Source: Candidatus Latescibacterota bacterium (GTDB lineage Bacteria > Latescibacterota > UBA2968 > UBA8231). Taken from it: DNA of 64,000 nucleotides. The stretch lies in the NCBI GenBank assembly GCA_965197905.1, contig CBDAOB010000005.1, forward strand, positions 672,001 through 736,000. The letters run 5' to 3'. The first letter of the stretch is position 1, and every line of letters begins with the position of its first letter. Below, in pieces: positions 19,634-29,115 of the stretch. Position numbers and translations under genes: made by a program. The notes under the pieces are model-generated. The model was not told the DNA's origin and searched no databases. It worked only from the letters and a program-made list of their open reading frames with translations.

Positions 19634-20192
19634 TCAATCTGTCGCCACAGAATCGCCGCAATTGCCGCAAAATCGATCGCCGGGGCTGAAGAGAGTCCCA
19701 CACTGTTGGCATTCCCTCTCCGCTTCGAGGGTAGTGCCGCATTGCCGGCAGAATCGATCATCTGCTTGGGCCTGGGTCCCGGCACTGAGGACAAAACAGG
19801 TATAAATCACCATTCCGATCCTCCAGCACCCGGCCAAGCTCCTGTAGAAGCCGCTCTTGGTCGAACGGCTTGGCAATGATTCCGCAGACCCCCAGGTCGA
19901 TTAGCGGCCCTATCGCTTCCTTGTTCAGATAACCTGAGACTACGATCGTGGGGGGCACCGCCATCTTCCTGTTTTTCATGAAGCTCAAGAGGTCTTGCCC
20001 ATGGGGCCCAGGCATATGAAGGTCGAGGAGCATGGCATCGACCGTTTGGACCTTGAGAAGCTCGAGGGCCGTACGCACCCTTTCGGCCTGGAGCGTTAAG
20101 TGGCCGGCTTTCTCCACCATGCGGGACAGGGTTTCCGCAACGGACCTGTCGTTGTCGACGATCAAGACCCTCTTGATGATGTTGGTACCCAT
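19634..20192 (-). CDS. Response regulator receiver + double zinc ribbon, frameshifted near 19781
   Basis: VLIVDND, LLDLHMP, AKP. Removing one base near 19781 joins FCPQC-GTQAQADDRFCRQCG...CQQCG...FCGNCG. Confidence 0.8.
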
Positions 20193-20202
20193 CTCCAGGC
20201 GC

Positions 20203-21177
20203 TCAGCTCAGGGGTAGGAAAAACCGAAAACTAGTGCCCTCGCCGACTTTCGAAGCCAAGAGGATTTCGCCCCGGCAGCTGTCAGCAATGCTCCTGCATA
20301 TGGCTAAGCCCAACCCGGTGCCCACATCCTCATCCTTTGTCGTGAAGAAAGCCTCAAAGATCTCAGCCATCGATTCTGTAGCAATCCCCGGACCATTGTC
20401 GCGTACCTCGGCAAATGCCATGGGGACATCGTCAACGTCCGAGCTCAGAGCGCGAAACACCGACCAGCCTCGTTCTTCCTCTTCAGATGCGACCTCCTCG
20501 GCCGCGGCGGCACCGGTAGCGATCTCGATCAGTCCGCGGTCGACATTCCTGGTGGCATCCAAGGCGTTGACCAAAAGATTGGTTATTACCTGCTCGATCT
20601 GTGTCGCATCGCCGCGGACTTCCGGCAGCTCGAAGTCGAAGCTGGTGTGCACGTCGATCCCCTGTGTGAGCGGGAGGAAGAACGTCAGCAGATCGTCGCA
20701 CACGGAGTTGAGGTTGAGGTCGCTGACTTCGGCGTGTTTCTTGCGTGAAAAATTGAGAATGTTCCGGGTCAGGTCTTTCAACCTCTGCGTGCCGCGGTGC
20801 ATGGCCGTAAAAACAAACTCTTGCTCTTCGGTATTCTCTTCTTTGAGCAAGAGCTCGAGATGGCCGGAAATCACGGCCAACGGATTGTTGATTTCGTGGA
20901 TGATCGCCGAGGCCATCTGGCCCATCGCGCTCATGCGCTCCGAGCGCACCAACATGCGTTGCGCCTGCTTTAGCTGCACGTGGGCTTGCTCGATTTCGCT
21001 CAATCTCTGCTGCAGCTCCCGATTGCGCGCGCGTAATTCCTGGTAGGCGATCTGGGTCTCGAGATCGGACACCGAGAGAATCCCTTCCATCTGCCGATAC
21101 GCCATTTCCAGCTCGTCCAGCAGATAGGTATTCTCCGCCTGCAACTTCTCATCGGTATGGGTAGATTTTCGGCTCAT
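20203..21177 (-). CDS. Cytoplasmic histidine kinase (HisKA-HATPase) with coiled-coil N-terminus
   Basis: HEINNPL, NLLVNALDA, DNGPG, FFTTK, GTGLGL; no TM or sensor domain visible. Confidence 0.92.
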   Translation of the reverse strand: MSRKSTHTDEKLQAENTYLLDELEMAYRQMEGILSVSDLETQIAYQELRARNRELQQRLSEIEQAHVQLKQAQRMLVRSERMSAMGQMASAIIHEINNPLAVISGHLELLLKEENTEEQEFVFTAMHRGTQRLKDLTRNILNFSRKKHAEVSDLNLNSVCDDLLTFFLPLTQGIDVHTSFDFELPEVRGDATQIEQVITNLLVNALDATRNVDRGLIEIATGAAAAEEVASEEEERGWSVFRALSSDVDDVPMAFAEVRDNGPGIATESMAEIFEAFFTTKDEDVGTGLGLAICRSIADSCRGEILLASKVGEGTSFRFFLPLS

Positions 21178-21179
21178 GA

Positions 21180-22571
21180 CTATACGGCGTTGTTGATGCC
21201 GAACTTTCGCATGCGGTACCGCAGCTTGTCTCGGCTGATCGCGAGGAGGGCGGCGGTCTGCGAAACGTTGCCGCCGGCGTGTTTCAAAGCCGCTTCGATC
21301 AGTTCCCGCTCCACTGCTTCCATCGCAATTCCGCCCTCGGGAAATTGAATGCTGATAGAGCCCCTTTCGTCAACTGCAACGTTGGAAACCGGCTCGCGGC
21401 GGGCGTCCCGGGATCGCCGATCGATCTCCAGATCGGCTGCCGATATCACCTCGCCGTCGGTCATCAGGACCGCGCGTTCGACGACATTGCGCAACTCGCG
21501 GACGTTTCCCGGCCACGGATACGCCTTGACCAATTCGCAGGCATCCTCGCCAAATCGGCGCCGGGCCGATCCGTGCATGTCCGAAAAGGCATTCAAACAA
21601 TGTTTGGCAAGGAGAAGCGAATCTTCGCTGCGCTCCCGTAAGGGCGGCAAATCCATGGGAACGACATTGAGCCGATAATAGAGGTCTTCACGAAATCGAC
21701 CTTCGGCTACCGCCTTTTCCAGATCTTCGTTGGTGGCGGCGAGGAATCGCACCGAAACCTCCTGCTGTTGCGTGCTGCCAACGCGGCGAAATCTCTGCGT
21801 CTCCAAGACGCTCAGAAGTTTGGCCTGCAGATTGATGGGCATCAAGCCGATTTCGTCGAGCAACAGCGTCCCCTGATCGGCCACCTCCAGCAGGCCCTGT
21901 TTTCGAGCCTTGGCATCCGTGAAGGCGCCGCGCTCATGGCCAAAGAGCTCGGATTCCATCAGGTTGCCCGGGATGTTGGTGCAATCGACGCTAATGAACG
22001 GTTTGTCACGCGTGCTCCCAAGCGTATGAATCGCTCTCGCCACCAGCTCCTTTCCGGTGCCGCTTTCTCCCCTGATCAATACGGTGGCCCGGGTGCCAGC
22101 GACACGGTGAATCATGCGAAACACATCCTGCATCGCCTCACTGGCACCGACGAGTCCCTCCAGCTCGCTCTCCGGTTCCGGGGGCGGCTCCAAGAGCTTG
22201 TCGATGAGCACGCGCAGTTCGGCGAGGGGAGTTGGTTTGGTGAGGTAATGCGTCGCTCCCAGACGTATCGCATCCATTACCGCCGATGCTCCCTGGTAGG
22301 CGCTCATCATCACCACGGGACACGAGTGTTCCAACTGCTTCAGGCGTTTTAGAACCTCCAGGCCATCCATGTCGGGAAGGCGCAGATCGAGCAACACCAA
22401 CCCCGGTTCGATCTCGCCACAGATGGAGATGCCCTCTTCCCCGGAGCTCGCTTCGACCGCCGAGTACCCCAAGCCGCGAACGAAATTCGACAATAGTCCA
22501 CGAAGATCGACGTCGTCGTCGATTACCAGTACCGCGGTAGTCGTTCCAATGTCTTCCGCGTTGCTCACCAC
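21180..22571 (-). CDS. NtrC-family sigma-54-dependent response regulator
   Basis: Receiver LLDLRLPDMDG; GESGTGKE; GAFTDA; WPGNVREL; Fis-type HTH. Confidence 0.95.
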   Translation of the reverse strand: MVSNAEDIGTTTAVLVIDDDVDLRGLLSNFVRGLGYSAVEASSGEEGISICGEIEPGLVLLDLRLPDMDGLEVLKRLKQLEHSCPVVMMSAYQGASAVMDAIRLGATHYLTKPTPLAELRVLIDKLLEPPPEPESELEGLVGASEAMQDVFRMIHRVAGTRATVLIRGESGTGKELVARAIHTLGSTRDKPFISVDCTNIPGNLMESELFGHERGAFTDAKARKQGLLEVADQGTLLLDEIGLMPINLQAKLLSVLETQRFRRVGSTQQQEVSVRFLAATNEDLEKAVAEGRFREDLYYRLNVVPMDLPPLRERSEDSLLLAKHCLNAFSDMHGSARRRFGEDACELVKAYPWPGNVRELRNVVERAVLMTDGEVISAADLEIDRRSRDARREPVSNVAVDERGSISIQFPEGGIAMEAVERELIEAALKHAGGNVSQTAALLAISRDKLRYRMRKFGINNAV

Positions 22572-23615
22572 TCAGAATCCCACGGCGACACTCACCGTAT
22601 GCAGCGAGTCAAAGAACTTCACATCGGTAAAAGCATAGTCGACGTCGACATCTTCGAGACCGCCGACGTCGAGCTCCAGCCCCAATCCAAAGCTGCTGCC
22701 GAACAGGTCATTATCTCTTCCGCCTGGCGCGACATCGAATCCGGTGCGCAACGTGAGAAAATCGCCAAAGCCGTATTCAACCCCCATCTTGATCTCGTCC
22801 AGATCGAAGTTATTGCGCTGGAACATGGTATGCAGCTGCAGGCGGTCAGCCGGGCGTGGGCGGTAGCGATATCCGAAACCCAGCTCGAAGGTGGAGGGGA
22901 GATCGCTGAACTCGCCTCGATCTTGTAGGTCGAGGAGGGGCGGCGCAGGTTTTCCGTTTGTCCACGTCGCCTCAATCCGGAACCGTCGAACCGCATCGGC
23001 GTTCCCAGATTCTTGATCGATACGCCGAAGTCCAACCCTTGTATGGCACCGAAATCGGCATACTGCAAACCGAAGTTGAAGGCGAGCGCCGAGGCACCGA
23101 CTTGGTCGAAGCGGTTGGCCACGTAGTTCACTGTGCCTGCCACCGCCACCCGAGTTCCCACCTGCCGCGCAAAGCTCAACCCGGCGACCACAAACGTCGG
23201 TGCAAAGGTGCCACCCGTGCCGTCGGGCTGGGTTTCGGTGGTGATCTCGATCTCATTTGCGGTGAGGACCTTCATGTTGGCGGCAACCGAACCCAATCCG
23301 GCGAACCGGGCGCTGGCTGCGGCGTAGCTGATGCGAATGTCCGCCAGGTAAGACATGGTGGCGAACAGAAGGGTGGCGTCGTGCGACCCTCGCGCAAGGC
23401 CTGCAGGATTCCAGGAGAGGGCGGTTATGCCTTCGGTGGTGGCGATGGAAGCGCCTCCCAGTGCAGCGGCCCCGGGCGTCGACCGGAATCAGCAGTTCAG
23501 GTGCAGCAGCGGTCCCGGCCCGTTTGTCCCCGTTGGCGAAGACACTGGAGGCAAGGCACAACAAAACAACGAATGCCATCAACTGTATCGCGGAGGACGT
23601 TCTCAGTGTATGCAT
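22572..23615 (-). pseudogene. PorV/PorQ-family outer-membrane beta-barrel with two frameshifts
   Basis: Signal peptide, GTAAAPELLIPVDARG-AALGG, WNPAGLA, terminal Phe. Frameshifts near 23470 and 22905 join three ORF pieces. Confidence 0.8.
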
Positions 23616-23625
23616 AGCTAGGAAC

Positions 23626-24870
23626 CTAGAACCGATCTAGGACCTGTTGTTCCTGCACCAGGATCAGCTTGAGTGTTCGGGCGATGTTTAGATCGGGCAG
23701 CTGCACCAGCGCCAGATACATGCCGCTGGCTACCGGAATCCGGTGGTCGTTGAGCAGATCCCAGCGCATGAACTGGCTGTCGTCTTCTTTTAGCAGGGTG
23801 CGAACCCGGGTCCCTGCCAGATCGAAAATCTGGATTCGGACATGCTCCGGAAGGTGGCTGAAGGTGATGAAACGATCGTGACGGCTGGTCTCAGCCTCGT
23901 TTACTCCGTAGTACGGATTCGGAAATGCCTTGATCTTCCTGGCATCGGCCCGGCGCAGTGAATCAGAGGAGGCGATACCGGGCACCTCAAAGGAGAAGAC
24001 GTCTTCCACAGCCAAAGGCGAGGTCGGAACCAGCAGGAAACTGTCCTCTTCGCGGGGGAATCGATCCTCTTGCAAGCGACTGGCAAAAACGATCCACATG
24101 ATGGGCAGGTCGACCTCTTCCGGCAGCAGGCCGTGATCGGTCAACAATCCGTTTCCGGCGCCGGCGTTCGGATCGGTGTAATCGAGGTCGAAAACGAGCA
24201 ACCACTCGCTGGGGCTGTAGATGGAGATGTTGTCGGTAGTCTCCTGCCAGGCGGGGCCGTAAGCGCCGTTGACCAGACCCTCCGGCACGTTGTTTTCCAT
24301 AAAGCCCACCTCGAGGCGGCGCGGGGGGTCGCTCTGCACGTCGTAAGCAGCTACCCCGATCGGTACCCGGTCCTGGTAGAGGATGAAACCGGGCCCCTCC
24401 GTTTGCACGACGAATTCGCTCCAATCGTATGGATTGGAGGTGTTGAGCAGCTCATCGGGGGCCGGCACCGGCGCATCGGCATGATCGAGATAGCGATAAG
24501 CCCAGGATACATCGGCAGCCGTCAGGTCAACCGGCCGGTACTGATCTCTGCCTTCTTCAACAACCACGTCGGCAAAGCGCAGCTCGACCGTTCGTGCGCG
24601 GTCCGCGGACACGGAGGATGGCGCGAGCCAGAAGGTGTTCGGATCGCCCGTTATGGCGCCGCCAAAACCTTCGGCGCCCCACTCGGCGCCCACCCATGAA
24701 TACCAGCGCTCTCCCGACGGCACGCTCCACTCCTTCATTCCAGGGGCGGGGCCCTGGACCCGGACCTCGAACCCTTCGGACCCGACATAGTGTCGGCTGC
24801 CTTGCTGATCGGTCTGCCCGTCAAGCAACAGGGTATTGGTCGCCTCATTAGTGAGCTCCCACTCCAGCCC
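23626..24870 (-). CDS. Secreted protein with a T9SS type-A-like C-terminal sorting domain; N-terminus missing
   Basis: IKAFPNPYYG...FSHLP...IFDLAG...WDL...VASGMY. The frame extends upstream as WELTNEATNTLLLDGQTDQ until it meets the RND gene. Confidence 0.75.
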   Translation of the reverse strand, partial: GLEWELTNEATNTLLLDGQTDQQGSRHYVGSEGFEVRVQGPAPGMKEWSVPSGERWYSWVGAEWGAEGFGGAITGDPNTFWLAPSSVSADRARTVELRFADVVVEEGRDQYRPVDLTAADVSWAYRYLDHADAPVPAPDELLNTSNPYDWSEFVVQTEGPGFILYQDRVPIGVAAYDVQSDPPRRLEVGFMENNVPEGLVNGAYGPAWQETTDNISIYSPSEWLLVFDLDYTDPNAGAGNGLLTDHGLLPEEVDLPIMWIVFASRLQEDRFPREEDSFLLVPTSPLAVEDVFSFEVPGIASSDSLRRADARKIKAFPNPYYGVNEAETSRHDRFITFSHLPEHVRIQIFDLAGTRVRTLLKEDDSQFMRWDLLNDHRIPVASGMYLALVQLPDLNIARTLKLILVQEQQVLDRF

Positions 24871-27815
24871 ACCGTAAAGGTGGTCATCAGGATCGGACGA
24901 AACCGGTGCCGGCCTGCCTGCATCAGGGCGTCAAACCGATCCAAGCCCTCCTGGCGCAATCGGTTAACCAGGTCCACGAGAACCATGGCGTTATTAACCA
25001 CCACGCCCACGAGGATCACCGTTCCGATGCGCGACATGTCGTCCATCGGTGTTCCCGTGAGATAGAGCGTCCAATAGACACCGAGCCCGGCGAACGGTAT
25101 TGAGACTATGACCGAAAGGGGCAGCACGAACGACTCGAACAGAACCCCCATGAGCAGGAATACGAAGGTAATGGACAACGCGATAGCGAACTGCTGAGAC
25201 CGGTCCGTTTCCTCCATACGGATGAAACGGGCTCCCTTGTCCCAGCGGTAGCCGCGAGGCATCTCCAGGTCGGCCATAGCGCCATCTACCTCTTCGAAGA
25301 GTCCCTTGGCGTCATCTTGCGTCGCATAGGCGGTGACTGCCACCATGGCCTGACGATTGTAGCGGGTGATTTTGTCCAGGCTCCGTTCGAAGTAGAAGCT
25401 GGCGAAGGCGTCCAACGGCATCTCTTCACCGCCCGTTGTGCTGAAGAGCAGGTTGCGCAACTGTTGGAGATCCTGTCCGTCCTCGTCCCGCAATCGAGTT
25501 TTTATCTGTATCTCGCGATCATCCCCGATATGTGTCCAGCCGATCTCATTCCCCGGGATCGCCCCCGTGGGCCAGCGGACGCCGATGGCGTTGGATACGG
25601 TACGAGGTTCGATCCCATACCGTTCCATCTTTTCGCGGTTTAGTCGTATCTGTACTTCTGATGAGCCGCGGTCCAGGTCGGTGTGGACCGCGACGAAGCC
25701 CGGTATGCTGAGCAGGCGCCGCTGCACTTCCAGCGCCAGTCTCGTCAGCACCAAGTGGTCGGTACCATATATGTTCAACGTCAAAGAGGCATCCTGTTCC
25801 CCCTGTTCGCCGTTGATGGTCAGAAAAATTCCCGGGCGGGTTGGAAGGCGTTGCCTCATATCGGCGATTATCTCGTCGTATTCCATGCGCTTCTGCTCTA
25901 ACATTCCCAGCCTGTCGAGGAGCCCGTTCCAGACCACCTGATACCACTCCTGCCGCTCTTCTTTCTTTAGCGCGATCGACGCCCGACCCCCCATGCCATA
26001 GTAGCTGGAGACGCGCACCTGGTCGACGTTGTAACGCTCGCGTTGGTTCATCAGGGTATCCTCTACTGCGGTCATGAACTCGTTCAACCGCTTCAGCGAA
26101 AAACTCCGCGGCATGTCGAACTTCATCCAAGCATGGCTGCGGCGTTGCGAAGTGCGGTCGGTTTGTTCGAGGCCCTGGTACGGAATCCAGATGCTCGCCC
26201 CTACCAGGAGCGCCAAAATCAGCGCGTCCAGACGGTGGGAAAGCACCCATTGCAGACAGCTCCCATAGCGACGCTGCAGATTCTGAATAGCCTTGTGCTC
26301 GCGGTGCGCTCCGGGGCCGGAAAAGCGCTGGGCAGCTAACGGAAACAGCAGCAATGCCACGAACAGGGACGTGAAAAGACCCACGGTGACCGGGAAACCC
26401 ACACGCCACATCCAGAACGAGAAGAGATCGTCGTCGCTCATCAAGATCAGGGGAAGAAACACCACGACGGTGGTCAGCGTCGCCATGGTGATGGCCAATC
26501 CGACTTCACCGGCACCGGTTACGGACGCTTCTCGTTCGCCGAGACCCTCGCTGCGTTTTCTGAAGATGTTCTCCACCACGACGATGGCATTGTCCACGAC
26601 GAGCCCCAGGCTCAACATCAAACCCATCATGGTGGCCAGGTTCAACGACCAACCGTAGAAATAGATGGCGGTCATGCTGGCCAGAATCGACAGCGGAATG
26701 GCGCTGGTGATGATCAGGGTCATGGGCAGGTTGCGCAGGAAAATCATCAGAACGATCGCCGCAAACAGGCCGCCCCAAAGACCGGAAATCTTGAGATTGT
26801 CGATGGAGGCAGCGATATGTTCGGCCTGGTCCCAGACGATCTGCAGCTCGGCTCCGGCCAAGCGCGGATCATCGACGAAGTCAGCCAATCTCCGACGCGC
26901 TTCTTCGCACACACCCACGATATTGGCATCTGGCGAACGCTGAATTCCGATCCAGACGGATTCCTTGCGGTTGATGCGTGTAACCCGCAGTTCGGTGGAG
27001 GAGCGCAGCTCAACCTCGGCGATGTCGCTCAGGCGCAGTGCTCGCCGGGGCTCCACAACGAACTCGCGAAACTGTTCCAGAGAGCTCAACGTCGCTACCG
27101 AGCGCACCATGATACGCCGCCCCCCCTCGTGAACATGGCCACTGGAGAGGGCGAAGTTTTCCTCCGTGAGGCGCCTCAAGACTGTATCGATGTCGACACC
27201 AAGGCTGCGTACCTTGTCCTCATCCAGCACGATCCAAAGCACGAGGTCGAGGCCGCTCCAAACGCTCACTCCGCCGACACCGTCAATACGTAATATTTCG
27301 GGTTTTATGGTCTGGTCGAGCAACAGGTCAGGCCGTGAGATGGAGCGGTCAAAGCGTGCATTGATCCACATCACATCGAAGCTCTCGTCACCTGATTCCA
27401 CCCAGCCGACGTCGACTTCACGACCCCTCATGGTTTCATCGAAATCCAACTGAGCGTAAAACCAATCCATGCGGTCGCGCAGCTCATACCAGGCGCGCTT
27501 CATATCGGTGCCCTTGTGGTATTCCACATAGGAGGAACCCCGTTCCCGCTGCGCAAACGCCCTGGTGCCCTTGAAGCCGCTCAGGGTATATAGGGCGTTC
27601 TCCAACGGAATAACGATCTCCTCGAGAGTCTGAGTCGCGGTTGAGTTGGGAAAGGGTACCCAAGCCCAGAGGGTGCTGGTTGCCTCACCCTTGGGTTCCA
27701 TCGCCAGGGGGATGCGCAGGTAGGCGATCCATCCGATCACCAGCAATGCGAGTAGCGCCATCACCACGGTGACGGGACGGTTTACGGACAGACGGGGCAG
27801 CAGGTATTTCTGCAT
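24735..27815 (-). CDS. AcrB/AcrD/AcrF-family RND permease, C-terminally truncated
   Basis: RPVTV, GLVVDNAIVVVENI, GVVVNNA, RFRPILMTT; family-like sequence stops at about 24872. Confidence 0.88.
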   Translation of the reverse strand: MQKYLLPRLSVNRPVTVVMALLALLVIGWIAYLRIPLAMEPKGEATSTLWAWVPFPNSTATQTLEEIVIPLENALYTLSGFKGTRAFAQRERGSSYVEYHKGTDMKRAWYELRDRMDWFYAQLDFDETMRGREVDVGWVESGDESFDVMWINARFDRSISRPDLLLDQTIKPEILRIDGVGGVSVWSGLDLVLWIVLDEDKVRSLGVDIDTVLRRLTEENFALSSGHVHEGGRRIMVRSVATLSSLEQFREFVVEPRRALRLSDIAEVELRSSTELRVTRINRKESVWIGIQRSPDANIVGVCEEARRRLADFVDDPRLAGAELQIVWDQAEHIAASIDNLKISGLWGGLFAAIVLMIFLRNLPMTLIITSAIPLSILASMTAIYFYGWSLNLATMMGLMLSLGLVVDNAIVVVENIFRKRSEGLGEREASVTGAGEVGLAITMATLTTVVVFLPLILMSDDDLFSFWMWRVGFPVTVGLFTSLFVALLLFPLAAQRFSGPGAHREHKAIQNLQRRYGSCLQWVLSHRLDALILALLVGASIWIPYQGLEQTDRTSQRRSHAWMKFDMPRSFSLKRLNEFMTAVEDTLMNQRERYNVDQVRVSSYYGMGGRASIALKKEERQEWYQVVWNGLLDRLGMLEQKRMEYDEIIADMRQRLPTRPGIFLTINGEQGEQDASLTLNIYGTDHLVLTRLALEVQRRLLSIPGFVAVHTDLDRGSSEVQIRLNREKMERYGIEPRTVSNAIGVRWPTGAIPGNEIGWTHIGDDREIQIKTRLRDEDGQDLQQLRNLLFSTTGGEEMPLDAFASFYFERSLDKITRYNRQAMVAVTAYATQDDAKGLFEEVDGAMADLEMPRGYRWDKGARFIRMEETDRSQQFAIALSITFVFLLMGVLFESFVLPLSVIVSIPFAGLGVYWTLYLTGTPMDDMSRIGTVILVGVVVNNAMVLVDLVNRLRQEGLDRFDALMQAGRHRFRPILMTTFTVGWSGSSLMRRPIPCCLTGRPISKAADTMSGPKGSRSGSRAPPLE

Positions 27816-28066
27816 GTCGACAGGACCGCCGTTAATTACGGTCTATCAGATGGATGCAAATGCGGCCTCGCCGGCAGGGGCGCCCACGATAGAGTGCCAC
27901 ACGGTTCAACGCCAGGCGAGGTGCAAATAAGCTAGGGGGAGAATATGAACAATGACCAACCTTTTGTGCTCGCTATGGATCGGGTAGTATCACATGGACG
28001 CGGTACTGTATATTGGACGCGGGACATCAAATATGATGAAGATATGGCGGTGTTAGGATAGAGCGA

Positions 28067-28801
28067 ATGAAGAAAGTGTCCCTAAGCTTGATGTTGCTTT
28101 GTTGGTGCTGCAATCTCGCAGCCGCAAGCGAGCCTATTCGCCTCATGACCGAGGAGTTTGCGCCCTTCCAGTACTACGAAGGTAAAACACTGACCGGAGT
28201 TTCAATTGAGATCGTGCGGGCCTTGCAGGCGAAGGTAGGCAGCACTGATGCGATTGTCGTCTATCCCTGGAGCAGGGGCCTCAGGCTCTTGGAGCGAACG
28301 AAGAACAGTGCGCTCTTCTCTACGTTGAGGACGGAAAGTAGAGAGAAAAAGTACAAGTGGGTGGGTCCACTGGCTGAGCTCAGGATGGTGTTCTTCAAGA
28401 AGGCGGGCAGCCCGATCCAGCTCGCTTCCGTAGATGATGCTATGAAGCTTGCTAAAGTCGGCGTTACCAAGAATGTTGGGTCGCACGACCTTCTTCTCAG
28501 CCTCGGATTCACCAACCTGGATGTTCTCGAGAGTGGTGCGGATGAGACCAACATCAAGAAGCTGGTCAGGGACCGCATCGATCTTTGGCCGAGTTCCTAT
28601 CTGGCCGGACTACACAGCGCGAAAAAGATGGGTCTTCAGGGCCGGATCGAAGCGATAACCAATGTCAACATCATGTCGGGCCATCTCTACTTGGCCTTCA
28701 ACAAGGATACCGATGATTTGATCATCAAGTCCTGGCAGGCTGGACTCGACGAGCTCCGTGGGCACAGGGTGGTGGACGCGATCATCGCCAAATACCGGTG
28801 A
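28067..28801 (+). CDS. Polar amino-acid-type substrate-binding protein (SBP family 3)
   Basis: Signal peptide, TEEFAPF, YPWSR, RTESRE, YLAFNK. Confidence 0.85.
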   Translation: MKKVSLSLMLLCWCCNLAAASEPIRLMTEEFAPFQYYEGKTLTGVSIEIVRALQAKVGSTDAIVVYPWSRGLRLLERTKNSALFSTLRTESREKKYKWVGPLAELRMVFFKKAGSPIQLASVDDAMKLAKVGVTKNVGSHDLLLSLGFTNLDVLESGADETNIKKLVRDRIDLWPSSYLAGLHSAKKMGLQGRIEAITNVNIMSGHLYLAFNKDTDDLIIKSWQAGLDELRGHRVVDAIIAKYR

Positions 28802-28870
28802 GGAACCGGGAGGCGGATAAACCGGCCGCAGCTACACTTTGAATTGTACTACCGCGCGTTGTAGCTTGTC

Positions 28871-28971
28871 GGCTAACAGACTGAGCTGTTGCGCGGAGTC
28901 CTGCACCCCGCTCGCACGCGCCGAGATCTGATCGGATCCCTCAGCTACATCCACCAGCGTTCGTGTTATGC
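28871..28971 (+). other. attC-like recombination site
   Basis: GGCTAAC-N6-AGCTG ... CCAGCG-N5-GTTATGC over 101 bp; GTTAGGA at 28052 just before the upstream gene. Confidence 0.4.
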
Positions 28972-29115
28972 CCTCGCTATTTCCCGCAAGGCTGGTGGTG
29001 CTCTCCGAAATTGCTCGTTGCGTCGAATTTTGTTGTTCAACCGCTTCTGCATTCGTTTCGGAGAGATCCCCGATCTGTTTGACCCACAGCGGAACGGTTC
29101 GTTTGTTCTCCGACC

